This document shows positions 17,831-26,854 of a stretch of 64,000 nucleotides of DNA, piece after piece. The notes under the pieces are model-generated. The model had not been told where the DNA came from. It worked only from the letters and a program-made list of their open reading frames with translations, and ran no database searches. The position numbers and the translations under genes are program-made. The stretch spans positions 1,086 to 65,085 of the forward strand of contig DCWN01000042.1 in the NCBI GenBank assembly GCA_002328835.1. Direction: 5' to 3'. The DNA comes from Acidobacteria bacterium UBA2161 (lineage in GTDB: Bacteria > Acidobacteriota > Vicinamibacteria > Vicinamibacterales > UBA823). The first letter of the stretch is position 1; each line of letters starts with the position of its first letter.

Positions 17831-20041
17831 TCAGGGCGTGGTCGCGGTCGCGGTGTTGTTCATCGCGTCGGTGGCGCGAAGGATGGTCTGCGCGGGTTGA
17901 GCGCGCGGCGCCGTGATGGCGTAGCGTTCTGAGCGTGAGTCCGCAATGCCATCGAGCGGATAGACCGATTGCCATCGGCTGCCGTCCAACGAGAACTCCA
18001 CGCGTTCGATCATCGACTGCGCGTCCTGGACCGTGAAGGTCAGGCGGTCGTCGCCGACCCGCTCCGGATCAACGGCAATCCGCGGCGGCGTGTTGTCAAT
18101 GTCGAATACCCGACTGGCGCGACTGCCCGTGAGCGCCGTCTGGGGCGAGTTCGACGGGGCATCGGCGGCTTCGATTCGAACGAGATAGCTTCCGTCCGGC
18201 ACCGACGCTGTATCCCAGACGAAGATCGGCTCGACAAGCCCCTCGATCAGCGGCGTCCAGGCGGGGCTCCCCTCCGTGCGATACAGCACCGCGTAGGTGA
18301 GTCGCTCGTCGTCTGCGTCGCTGGCCGACCAGGCGAAGCTCTGGAGTCCCTTGCGATACGCGCGGCGGCCGAGCGTCGGCTGCCCCGACGGAGCAGTGGC
18401 GGCTGCTTCCAGCCGCGTGGTCGGCGCGCCGTCGACGGCGAGGGGATCGAAGCCGGCGAAGTCGGTTTCGGAGCCCGAGAAACTCCTCTGAAAGACGGTG
18501 CCTGCGGGGTGGACCGTGATCGATGCGATCGTTGGGCGGAGGTTTCGGGGCAGGTACGCCGCGGTCACGGACGTCAACGCCGGCGAGCCCTCTCCGAGCG
18601 TGAAGATCGCTCGCCACTGCAGGTAGCGGGCCTTCGGACTCGCAATCGGCGTGCCGGCGCTCAGGCCGTACGGTTCGGACCAGGTGCTCCACGTCTCGTC
18701 GGGTGTCTCGGTGTTCCCGGAGCGCGTGGAGAATTCGATACCGCTTCCCGACGGTTCAACGGAGCGCCAGCGGAGCGTTCCCCAACTCGCGATGGTCGTG
18801 GCATCGCGCACATCGGAGAGGTAGGTGCCCCGGGGAGCGATGGCGTCGGAGAGGGCAAACAGCTTCGCGGGATTCGCCGTGGCGAAGTGCAACCGGCCGC
18901 CCGGGCCGTAGGCCATCGTCGTGACCTGGCCGGCGGCGACACGCGTCAGCAGCGTCGCCGTTGCGGGGTCGCCCGTGAGCCTGTAGATCCGACCATCGGG
19001 CCCGGTGCCGACGAGGACGCCGCGGTCGTCGTCCATGCGGACGACGTAGGGCGCGTCGGTCGAAGATTCCCAGATGACGTCCCACACGCCGTCCGAACGT
19101 ACTCGAAGGACGGCACCCGCGGAGCCGGAGGACCCGCCGTTGCCCGGTGAGCCACCGAGCGGCGTTCCGACCTGCACGTCGGCGACCGACACGGTGACCT
19201 GGGTCGTGACGGTGGCGGTCGGAGAAGGCGTCGGCGTCGCGGCAGTCGGCAGCGGCACGGGGCCGTTGCCGGCGCCGCGAATGGCCGCGATGTAGATGGT
19301 GCCATCGTCGAGGGCGTGCAAGCTTCGGAGCTCGCCGTACTCCGAGTCGAGGACGATGAAGCCTCTGCCGTCAGCATCGACCCGGAACAGCCGGCCTGGC
19401 GAGTCGGTGCTTGCGAGGAGCTGTTCGTCGGAGTCGAAGGCGAGCGACAGTACGTTCGTCGCATTCGTCTCATAGAACGGGGCGGCGGTTCCGTCGGAGG
19501 CGACCCGGTAGATCGTGCCACGTGTTCCGGTTGCGACATACAGGGCGTCATCCGGGCCGACAACGAGGGCCCAGATGTACGCCTCCTCGGGCTCGAACAG
19601 CGTCGTCGCCTCGCCATCGGGTGCGACGGCGTAGACCTTGCCGTCGGGGCTCGTGCCGACGTAGAGGCCACCGCCGGGCCGTCGCGCCATGGCGTGCACC
19701 TCGGTTTCGACCGCGTCGAAGAAGACCCGAGACCCGCCGTCGGCCGCGACATGGTACACACGGCCCTCATCGCCCGTTGCCAGCCAGAAGCCGCCACGCT
19801 CGTCGGGCACTGCGCTCCAGATGAAGGGTGCGTTTGATTCGTGCAGCAGTTCGGCGCTGGGGGCCAGCGCCAGCCGGCCGGTCTCGTCGACCGACAGATG
19901 CTCGAACTCACCACGCAGCAACTCGGCCTGTGTCGAGACGTGCCAGAAGGTCGGCGACGCGGCGTGGAGTAACGGGACCGTCGCGAGGAGCAGCGTCAGG
20001 CTGGCCCCCAGGGCGCGCGACGGCGTCGCGGGCATCTTCAT
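17831..20041 (-). CDS. exported beta-propeller repeat protein with C-terminal Ig/FN3-like region
   Basis: Signal peptide MKMPATPSRALGASLTLLLATVPLLHAASP. Recurring blade motif GRVYHVAADG / GKVYAVAPDG / GTIYRVASDG / GRLFRVDADG / GRIYRLTGD. ATGA overlap with the upstream peptidase gene. Confidence 0.65.
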   Translation of the reverse strand: MKMPATPSRALGASLTLLLATVPLLHAASPTFWHVSTQAELLRGEFEHLSVDETGRLALAPSAELLHESNAPFIWSAVPDERGGFWLATGDEGRVYHVAADGGSRVFFDAVETEVHAMARRPGGGLYVGTSPDGKVYAVAPDGEATTLFEPEEAYIWALVVGPDDALYVATGTRGTIYRVASDGTAAPFYETNATNVLSLAFDSDEQLLASTDSPGRLFRVDADGRGFIVLDSEYGELRSLHALDDGTIYIAAIRGAGNGPVPLPTAATPTPSPTATVTTQVTVSVADVQVGTPLGGSPGNGGSSGSAGAVLRVRSDGVWDVIWESSTDAPYVVRMDDDRGVLVGTGPDGRIYRLTGDPATATLLTRVAAGQVTTMAYGPGGRLHFATANPAKLFALSDAIAPRGTYLSDVRDATTIASWGTLRWRSVEPSGSGIEFSTRSGNTETPDETWSTWSEPYGLSAGTPIASPKARYLQWRAIFTLGEGSPALTSVTAAYLPRNLRPTIASITVHPAGTVFQRSFSGSETDFAGFDPLAVDGAPTTRLEAAATAPSGQPTLGRRAYRKGLQSFAWSASDADDERLTYAVLYRTEGSPAWTPLIEGLVEPIFVWDTASVPDGSYLVRIEAADAPSNSPQTALTGSRASRVFDIDNTPPRIAVDPERVGDDRLTFTVQDAQSMIERVEFSLDGSRWQSVYPLDGIADSRSERYAITAPRAQPAQTILRATDAMNNTATATTP

Positions 20042-21870
20042 CGTGCGTCCAGATCCAGAGTCAGGACGCGCGAGCCGGAGATGGCCTCACTCGTGCTCAG
20101 CTCCCAGCCGTCGAGCGTGGCGCGACGGAGCGGTGTGACGGCGCCCCGACTCCGGTCGGCCTTATAGATGGCCAACGCCGATGGGGGCAGGGCGGTCAGC
20201 GGCTCACCGGCAACCAGCGCACCTGAATCGGCGGCGAGCAGGCGCACGTAGAGCCGATTGTTGCGGCGGGCATCGTTGAGTATCCGGATCAGCTGGTTCA
20301 GGTTGCGCGGCTGCACCCGGCCTTGCGTCTCTTGCCGTTCCAGCTGCGCCAGCTCGGTGCCGCCGGCGACAAACAGCGACACGGTCGAGGGCGCGTTTGC
20401 GGGGATGCGGATCGGCAGAGTATGCACCTCTTCCGTGCCGCGGTGTGACCGCGTGGCGATCTTGAGCGTCGCCTCTCGCCCCGGCCGAACCCTCCGCTCG
20501 TCGAGCCAGACCCGTTCGATCTGCGCGCGCTGATCGTCCTCCGAGGCGGAGATCTCGAGGTGCAGGCTGTCGAGCGTAATCGGGGCGAAGCCGTTCTGAA
20601 CGAGAAACGTGATCGGCGTCAGAACTGACGTGGCAGCCGCCAGCGACGGGCCGTTCCCCGCAAAGACGTCGTCGAAGCCGAGAGGGGCATGGTTCTGAAA
20701 CGTTGCCGTGCCCGACACCGCGAGCGTCGCAGCGCCGGAACCGCGCTCGTACGCCCGCAGCGTGTTGAGCACCGTGACGAAGGTGAGCAGGGGCGTCAAC
20801 ACCTGGTCGTCGACGATGTGGAACTGCAGCTCACGGATGGTCGTGTTGCCGGCGCTGGGCCGGAGCGTCACTGTCACGGGAATCTGCCTCGGCGCGGGGC
20901 CGAGGGTGCCGGCGATCGCCGTCAGCCGATCCTGCTCGAACGTGCCGATCGCCTCGCCTACCGTGGCAATCTTGGTGGACGACAGCAGGCTCGGCAGCAG
21001 GGCCTGGATGTAGGCCCGGTTCATGACGAACTGGGTCGGGCCGAGATTCTGAAACGGGTGGCCGAAGGCGTATACCCGGTCGTTCTCGACGAGCGTGACG
21101 GTGCCGGTTCCCGCGAGCGACAGGTCGCCGTCAATCAGCGAGACGCTGACCGCGTCTCCGCCTTGAAGCGGTTCGGCGGCCCCGGGCGCGGCACCCGCCT
21201 GGCCGCCGCCGAGCACGGGCACGAGTCCGGTCCCGTCGAGGGCGGAGGTCAACAGGTCGGCCACGTCGCGGTCGAATCCGCTCAGGCTCAGGGGCGTGGC
21301 GATCGGGCGGAGCATCGTGGCGACGCTCTGCACTTCGCGGAGCGGCGGGCCGATCCCGGCGACATCCCGGGTATGTTGCGCGAAGGCCGCCGTCGGACGC
21401 ATCGACGCGCGAAACAGCGCGACCAGACGGTCAGGCGAGAGGGGAACCTCGACGGGCGGCCGAGCGGCGGCGGGCCGGACGCCGGGCAGGTTGACGGCGT
21501 CCAGCATCTCCTCGATCGGCGTGATGCCGGCCAGCGGTTCGGTCGTGAACGAGCCCATCGCATAGGCGACGGCGCCGACGAGTCGACCATCGACGTACAC
21601 CGGGCTCCCGCTCATCCCGGCGATGACACCGGTGTCGGCGAGAGGGCCGCCGTCCAGGCGCGCGAGGATGAGATTCCGCTTCGGGCCGTTGATGTTGTGG
21701 AGGATGCCGATGATTTCGACGTCGAACTCCTCGCGCGTCGTGCCCTCGAACACCGTGACACCGACGCCGTGCATGCCGGGACGCACCTCGGCGAGCGGGA
21801 GGACGTCGGCCGCGACGGCAGGCGTCACGAAACCAGCGAGGATCAGGCCGGCGACGAGCAGGTTCTTCAT
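20038..21870 (-). CDS. SpoIVB-type serine peptidase (S55 family) domain protein, exported
   Basis: Start reset to MKNLLVAGLILAGFVTPAVA (21870). S55-like core GVTVFEGTTREEFDVEIIGIL...LILARLDGGPLADTGVIAGMSGSPVYVDGRLVGAVAYA. The upstream 157 codons of the 767-aa ORF run across the intergenic leader region. Confidence 0.7.
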   Translation of the reverse strand: MKNLLVAGLILAGFVTPAVAADVLPLAEVRPGMHGVGVTVFEGTTREEFDVEIIGILHNINGPKRNLILARLDGGPLADTGVIAGMSGSPVYVDGRLVGAVAYAMGSFTTEPLAGITPIEEMLDAVNLPGVRPAAARPPVEVPLSPDRLVALFRASMRPTAAFAQHTRDVAGIGPPLREVQSVATMLRPIATPLSLSGFDRDVADLLTSALDGTGLVPVLGGGQAGAAPGAAEPLQGGDAVSVSLIDGDLSLAGTGTVTLVENDRVYAFGHPFQNLGPTQFVMNRAYIQALLPSLLSSTKIATVGEAIGTFEQDRLTAIAGTLGPAPRQIPVTVTLRPSAGNTTIRELQFHIVDDQVLTPLLTFVTVLNTLRAYERGSGAATLAVSGTATFQNHAPLGFDDVFAGNGPSLAAATSVLTPITFLVQNGFAPITLDSLHLEISASEDDQRAQIERVWLDERRVRPGREATLKIATRSHRGTEEVHTLPIRIPANAPSTVSLFVAGGTELAQLERQETQGRVQPRNLNQLIRILNDARRNNRLYVRLLAADSGALVAGEPLTALPPSALAIYKADRSRGAVTPLRRATLDGWELSTSEAISGSRVLTLDLDAR

Positions 21871-21909
21871 CGGGAAATAGGGGCGCGGCTGGGCCAGGAA
21901 CCAAGATCC

Positions 21910-21939
21910 CTTATAGCGCCGGAAATGATTGACAGTCAA
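21910..21939 (-). promoter_or_regulatory. candidate sigma70-type promoter for the S55 peptidase operon (TTGACT-N18-TATAAG)
   Basis: On the minus strand, -35 is the reverse complement of 21934-21939 and -10 the reverse complement of 21910-21915. About 40 nt upstream of the ATG at 21870. Confidence 0.35.
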
Positions 21940-21999
21940 GGAGAAAACGGCCGCGGGCATGGCGTTGCGGCGCCGGATCCGGCACGGGAGTGGTGGAAA

Positions 22000-22028
22000 T
22001 TGACACCCGCTGGGCGCCCTGGTATCGT
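22000..22028 (+). promoter_or_regulatory. sigma70-type promoter of the aromatic supraoperon leader (TTGACA-N17-TATCGT)
   Basis: Perfect -35 at 22000-22005, 17-nt spacer, -10 TATCGT at 22023-22028. Predicted TSS near 22035. Confidence 0.55.
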
Positions 22029-22071
22029 GCCCTATTGCGCCGCGGGAGACGTTGGCGGTGTGGAGTTCGAG

Positions 22072-22203
22072 ATGACGTTCGCAGCGTGTGACCGGACGGC
22101 GGCGACCGACGGCCCGAGGGGCCGCGAGCGGGTTGCTCTGTCCTACTGGTGGTGGTTTTTCTACTTTACGAATCTGTCTGAGGAGGCAGCCGTGCGGGCC
22201 TGA
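22072..22203 (+). CDS. leader peptide of aromatic amino acid attenuator (43 aa, MTFAACDRTAATDGPRGRERVALSYWWWFFYFTNLSEEAAVRA)
   Basis: GGAG at 22062-22065, 6 nt before the ATG at 22072. Eight consecutive aromatic codons TAC TGG TGG TGG TTT TTC TAC TTT at 22144-22167. TGA at 22201. Followed by an intrinsic terminator and then the aro/trp genes. Confidence 0.75.
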   Translation: MTFAACDRTAATDGPRGRERVALSYWWWFFYFTNLSEEAAVRA

Positions 22204-22235
22204 AACGCCACACAGTTCACGAGCGAGTAGTTCTC

Positions 22236-22274
22236 GAGCCTCTTCAGCCTGTTCCGGTTGAGGAGGCTTTTTTT
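22236..22274 (+). terminator. intrinsic (rho-independent) attenuator terminator
   Basis: GCCUCUUCAGC (22238-22248) pairs with GUUGAGGAGGC (22257-22267). That gives 11 bp including 2 G-U pairs and an 8-nt loop, followed directly by UUUUUUU (22268-22274). 35 nt upstream of the aroDE ATG. Confidence 0.75.
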
Positions 22275-22309
22275 GTTGTGGCGGTGACGGTGAGTGGACG
22301 AGGCGAGGG

Positions 22310-23770
22310 ATGGGACACCCGCAGTTGTGCGTGACGGTCACCGCGGACAGTACCGCAGAGCTTCGACAGCGTCGTGACGCGACGGTCGACGCGGATCTGA
22401 TCGAGTTGCGGCTGGACGGCGTTCGGGACGTCGACGTGAGCGGCGCGATTCAGGGCCGGCGGACGCCGGTCATCGTGACCTGTCGGGGTGTGCGGGACGG
22501 CGGTCGATTCGACGGCAGCGAGGACGAGCGTCGGCGGATGATGGACGAGGCGCTGACGGGAGGCGCGGAGTTCGTGGACCTGGAGTGGACGGGCAGCCCG
22601 GACCCGAGGATCGCCGTGGATGCGTCGCGGGTCGTCTTGTCGACCCATCTGTCCGCCTTTGACGCCGGGGAGGTGGAACCCTGCTACCGGGCGATGCGGG
22701 CGACCGGAGCGGCGGTCGTGAAGATCGCTGCCCCCGTCGAGCACTTGATGGATCTCGTTCCCATGGCGGCGTTGGGCCGCCGGGCCGCCGCGAGCCGCGA
22801 GCGTGCGGTCTTGATTGGCATGGGTCCGGCGGGCGCGGCCTCGCGCCTGCTGGCCAACCGGTTCGGCGCCTGCTGGAGTTACGCGGGCTCGGCCGCACCG
22901 GGGCAGATCTCGGCGGCGCGGATGGTTCGGGAGTTCCGATATCGCGACGTCGGCGTCGACTGGGAACTGTACGGCGTCGTCGGTAAGCCCGTCGAGCATT
23001 CCTTGTCACCGGCGATGCACAACGCCGGGTTCCAGGCGGCCGGCCGTGATGCCGTCTACTTGCCGCTGGCGGCGGCGGATGCCGACGATTTCTTCGGGTT
23101 CGCGGAGTCGTTCGGCCTGGCTGGCGCCAGCGTCACGGCACCGTTCAAGGCCGCGGCCTTCGAGCGTACTGAGACGAGCGATGACATCGGACGCCGGATC
23201 GGCGCGGTCAACACGCTGCGCCGGCGCGGCGATGGCTGGCAGGGGATGAACAGTGACGTGACGGGGTTCCTCGAGCCCCTGACCGACCGTCTGGCCTTTG
23301 AAGGGCTGCGCGCCGCGGTCCTTGGAGCCGGCGGCGCGGCGCGGGCGGCCGCGCTCGCGTTGGTCGAGGGCGGTGCCTCTGTCGACGTGTGTGCTCGGGT
23401 CACGGCTCGCGCCGAGGAGACGGCCGCGGTCTGTGGCGCCCAGGTCGGGGCGTTTCCGCCCGGCCCGGGCTCGTGGGACCTGTTGGTGAATGCGACGTCC
23501 GTCGGGACGTCGCCGAAGAGCGACGTATCGCCGATGCCGTCGTCGGCGCTGGATGGGCGCTTCGTCTACGACCTGGTCTACAACCCAAATCCGACCCGGT
23601 TGATGCGCGAGGCCGCGGCGCGCGGCTGCGCCACCCTCGGCGGGCTGGAGATGCTCGTGGCGCAGGCGGAGCGACAGTTTGAATGGTGGACGGGTGCGCG
23701 TCCATCGGGATCGGTATTCGCCACGGCGGCGCAGGCGGGACTCATGGACAGGATGGAGCGCGGAGCATGA
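22310..23770 (+). CDS. aroDE: bifunctional 3-dehydroquinate dehydratase (type I) / shikimate 5-dehydrogenase fusion
   Basis: N-terminal half LCVTVTADSTAELRQRRD...DLIELRLD is AroD type I-like. The C-terminal half starts YGVVGKPVEHSLSPAMHNAGF and has GAGGAARAAA (AroE). Confidence 0.85.
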   Translation: MGHPQLCVTVTADSTAELRQRRDATVDADLIELRLDGVRDVDVSGAIQGRRTPVIVTCRGVRDGGRFDGSEDERRRMMDEALTGGAEFVDLEWTGSPDPRIAVDASRVVLSTHLSAFDAGEVEPCYRAMRATGAAVVKIAAPVEHLMDLVPMAALGRRAAASRERAVLIGMGPAGAASRLLANRFGACWSYAGSAAPGQISAARMVREFRYRDVGVDWELYGVVGKPVEHSLSPAMHNAGFQAAGRDAVYLPLAAADADDFFGFAESFGLAGASVTAPFKAAAFERTETSDDIGRRIGAVNTLRRRGDGWQGMNSDVTGFLEPLTDRLAFEGLRAAVLGAGGAARAAALALVEGGASVDVCARVTARAEETAAVCGAQVGAFPPGPGSWDLLVNATSVGTSPKSDVSPMPSSALDGRFVYDLVYNPNPTRLMREAAARGCATLGGLEMLVAQAERQFEWWTGARPSGSVFATAAQAGLMDRMERGA

Positions 23771-25254
23771 AGCAGACCTCGTTCGAGGAGTTCACGACGC
23801 TTGCAACGCAGGGCACGTTCGTCCCGGTCTACAAGGAGATCATGGCCGACCTGCTCACGCCGGTCTCGGCGTTCCTGAAGGTCGCGGAGCACTCGGATCA
23901 CGCGTTCCTGCTGGAGAGTGTCGAGGGCGGGGAGCACGTCGCGCGCTATTCGTTCCTGGGAAAGGACCCGTTCCTCGTTCTGCGTGCCACCGGCTCCCGC
24001 ACGAGGGTGGAGCGTGCCGGTGTGGTGACCGAGTCCGATCGGCCCTTCGTTGAGCTTCTGCGCGACGTCATGACCGACTATCGATCGCCCGAGGTGCCGG
24101 GGCTACCGCGATTCACCGGTGGCGCCGTCGGCTATCTCGGCTATGACGCGGCGCCATGGGTGGAGCCGAAGCTCGCTTCTGCCTGGGCGAGCGGGCCAGA
24201 AGCCGACGCGGGGGCAGCGGACGACGCGGCCTTCATGCTGTTCGATACCGTTCTGGCATTCGACCACGTCAAACATCGAATTCTGATCATCGCCAACGCG
24301 CGGGTCGAGTCGGGGGAGCCTCTGGAGTCGCTCTATCAGTTCGCATGCGCCAAGATCCAGTTCCTAGAACGCGAACTCGGCCGCGCGCTCTCGCGGCCCG
24401 AGCCCGTGGCGGCCGATCCCAGCGAGGTGACCTCGAACACGTCACAGGCGGTCTTCGAAGAGGCCGTGGCGCGCGCGAAGGCGCACATCGAGGCAGGCGA
24501 CGTGTTTCAGCTCGTCGTCTCGCAGCGTTTCGAAACCGAGCTGCAGGCCGACCCGTTCTCCGTCTACCGGGCACTTCGCTACGTCAACCCGTCGCCGTAC
24601 ATGTACTTCATCAGGCTGGGCGGAACGGCGATTGCCGGATCGTCGCCGGAGATGCTCGTGCGCGTGGAAGGTGGCCGCGTGGAGACGCATCCGATCGCCG
24701 GCACCCGCCCGCGGGGCGCAACCGAGGCCGAAGACGACCGGTTGGCGGACGAGCTGAAAGGAGACGAGAAGGAGCGCGCTGAGCATGTCATGCTCGTCGA
24801 TCTGGGCCGAAACGATCTGGGGCGCGTGTGTGAGTACGGGACCGTTCGGGTGCCGCAGTTCATGCGGCTCGAGCGGTATTCCCACGTGATGCACCTGGTC
24901 TCCAAGGTCGAAGGACGCCTGGCTGAGGAGGTCGATCGGCTCGACGCGCTGACGGCGTGCTTTCCGGCGGGGACGGTGTCGGGGGCCCCGAAAGTGCGTG
25001 CGATGGAACTGATTGCGGAGTTGGAGCCGACGCGACGCGGCATCTATGCCGGAGCGATCGGCTACCTCGACTTCGCAGGGAATCTTGACTGTTGCATCGG
25101 CATCAGGACCGTCACGGTGACCGACGGCGTCGCGTCGGTGCAGGCGGGAGCCGGCATCGTGGCCGACTCTGAGCCAACGGCCGAGTACGAAGAGACCCGT
25201 GCGAAGGCGCGGGCGATGCTGCGGGCGATCGAGATGGCGCAGGGCGCGGGGTAG
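23767..25254 (+). CDS. trpE: anthranilate synthase component I
   Basis: Start reset to MKQTSFEEF (ATG 23767, ATGA overlap with the aroDE stop). LLESVEGGE, chorismate-binding core GTVSGAPKVRAMELI, GGAIGY. Confidence 0.95.
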   Translation: MKQTSFEEFTTLATQGTFVPVYKEIMADLLTPVSAFLKVAEHSDHAFLLESVEGGEHVARYSFLGKDPFLVLRATGSRTRVERAGVVTESDRPFVELLRDVMTDYRSPEVPGLPRFTGGAVGYLGYDAAPWVEPKLASAWASGPEADAGAADDAAFMLFDTVLAFDHVKHRILIIANARVESGEPLESLYQFACAKIQFLERELGRALSRPEPVAADPSEVTSNTSQAVFEEAVARAKAHIEAGDVFQLVVSQRFETELQADPFSVYRALRYVNPSPYMYFIRLGGTAIAGSSPEMLVRVEGGRVETHPIAGTRPRGATEAEDDRLADELKGDEKERAEHVMLVDLGRNDLGRVCEYGTVRVPQFMRLERYSHVMHLVSKVEGRLAEEVDRLDALTACFPAGTVSGAPKVRAMELIAELEPTRRGIYAGAIGYLDFAGNLDCCIGIRTVTVTDGVASVQAGAGIVADSEPTAEYEETRAKARAMLRAIEMAQGAG

Positions 25255-25256
25255 CC

Positions 25257-25823
25257 ATGGTGCTCGTCCTGGATAACTACGACTCGTTCACCTACAACCT
25301 GGTTCAGTATCTGGGACACCTCGGGGCCTGTCCCGTGGTGTGTCGCAACGACCAGGTGACGGTCGATGAAGCCGAGGCGATGAGCCCCAGTCGGGTGGTG
25401 ATCTCGCCGGGACCGGGCCGTCCGGAACAGGCAGGGATTTCCGTTGAACTCATCCGCCGGTTGGCGCCACGGATGCCCGTCCTTGGCGTCTGCCTCGGCC
25501 ATCAGGCCATCGGGGTGGCCTTCGGCGGCACCGTGCGGCGTCACAGCGAGATCCGACACGGCAAGTGTTCGCCGGTGGCACACGATGGACGCGGCGTCTT
25601 CGACGGACTGGAGCAAGGCTTCGCTGCGGCGCGGTATCACTCGCTGGTGGTGTCCGAAGATGGACTGCCGGCCGACCTCGAGGTCGGCGCGCGAGCTTCG
25701 GACGACGGCGCCGTGATGGGCCTCAGGCATCAGCGCTGGCCGGCGCACGGCGTGCAGTTTCATCCCGAGTCGATTCTCACCGATGTCGGCTGCCGGCTCA
25801 TGCAGACGTTTCTGGAGATCTGA
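25257..25823 (+). CDS. trpG: anthranilate synthase component II (glutamine amidotransferase)
   Basis: MVLVLDNYDSFTYNLVQYL, catalytic GVCLGHQ, FHPES. Confidence 0.95.
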   Translation: MVLVLDNYDSFTYNLVQYLGHLGACPVVCRNDQVTVDEAEAMSPSRVVISPGPGRPEQAGISVELIRRLAPRMPVLGVCLGHQAIGVAFGGTVRRHSEIRHGKCSPVAHDGRGVFDGLEQGFAAARYHSLVVSEDGLPADLEVGARASDDGAVMGLRHQRWPAHGVQFHPESILTDVGCRLMQTFLEI

Positions 25824-26854
25824 TGTTTGCCGCCCTGTTGGAGAAGCTGTCGAAGCACTACGACTTGTCCGCTGACGAGGCGGCCGGCGCCATGGAGGAG
25901 ATCATGGCCGGGCGCGCCGCCCCCGCGCAGATTGGCGGGCTCCTCATCGGCCTCGCGATGAAGGGCGAGCGACCAGACGAGATCGTCGGATTGGCCCGGA
26001 CGATGCGGGCGAACGCGGTGCAATTGTCCACGCCGCACGCCAGCGTGTTCGACACCTGTGGAACCGGAGGAGATCGATCACACACGTTCAACGTCTCGTC
26101 GGTCGCGGCGCTCGCACTCGCCGGCTGCGGCGTGACGGTGGCGAAACACGGGAATCGTTCGGTCTCGAGCAAGTGCGGAAGCGCTGATCTGTTCGAGGTG
26201 CTGGGTGTCAACGTCGCGGCTCCACCCGCACAGGTGGAACGTTGCCTCGACGGCGCAGGGATCGGCTTCTTCTTCGCCCCGACGTTCCATCCATCGATGA
26301 AGCATGCCGGCCCCGCCCGCAAGGACCTGGGCGTGCGGACGGCGTTCAATCTGCTTGGGCCGGTGACGAACCCCGCCAGCGCGACTCGGCAACTGGTGGG
26401 CGTGCCCAGGCCGGAGTTCACGGAACTGGTGGCGAAGGCCTTGGCGCTGCTCGGTTCGGAACGCGCCTGGGTCGTGCACGGCGCCGACGGTCTCGATGAG
26501 ATCTCGACGACGGGATACACGAAGGTGTCCGAGTGCTGGCGGGGAGTGGTGAACACCTTCTACCTGCATCCCTCGGAGCACGGCGTGCCGCGCGCGGAAA
26601 TGGCGGCCCTGAAGGGTGGGACGGCGAAGGAGAACGCCGAGATCGCCCGATCAGTCCTGTCCGGCGCGGCGGGCTCGCCGCGTGATGTTGTGGCGTTGAA
26701 CGCCGGCGCGGGGCTCTTGATTGCGGGCCGAGTCGGAACCCTGCGAGAGGGCGTGGCGATGGCGTCGCGCTCGCTCGACGACGGCGCGGCGAGCCGAAAG
26801 CTCGAGCTGATGGTCGAATTGTCGAACCAAGCCGTCGGGGAGCCGGGATCGTGA
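25823..26854 (+). CDS. trpD: anthranilate phosphoribosyltransferase
   Basis: Start reset to MFAALLEKL (ATG 25823, sharing one nucleotide with the trpG TGA). DTCGTGGDRSHTFNVS, KHGNRSVSSKCGSAD. Confidence 0.95.
   Translation: MFAALLEKLSKHYDLSADEAAGAMEEIMAGRAAPAQIGGLLIGLAMKGERPDEIVGLARTMRANAVQLSTPHASVFDTCGTGGDRSHTFNVSSVAALALAGCGVTVAKHGNRSVSSKCGSADLFEVLGVNVAAPPAQVERCLDGAGIGFFFAPTFHPSMKHAGPARKDLGVRTAFNLLGPVTNPASATRQLVGVPRPEFTELVAKALALLGSERAWVVHGADGLDEISTTGYTKVSECWRGVVNTFYLHPSEHGVPRAEMAALKGGTAKENAEIARSVLSGAAGSPRDVVALNAGAGLLIAGRVGTLREGVAMASRSLDDGAASRKLELMVELSNQAVGEPGS

Noticed and set aside
21929-21975. Palindrome TTGACAGTCAA giving a plus-strand TTGACA, followed by AGGAG and a 14-codon ORF (MALRRRIRHGSGGN).
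   Set aside because: No acceptable -10 box sits 16-18 nt downstream on the plus strand, and the AGGAG-to-ATG spacing is about 15 nt. The palindrome is more simply the -35 (TTGACT) of the minus-strand S55 operon promoter.
21871-22341. N-terminal extension of the S55 peptidase ORF to 22341 (767 aa). Similar over-long starts occur at 5707..6921, 8496..10049, 11365..12654, 38406..40412, 23683.., 25565.., 28766.. and 48676..
   Set aside because: The extensions lack protein-like composition, cross intergenic regulatory sequence or neighbouring genes, and internal starts give canonical N-termini (signal peptide, Rossmann motif and so on), often with ATGA-type coupling to the upstream gene.
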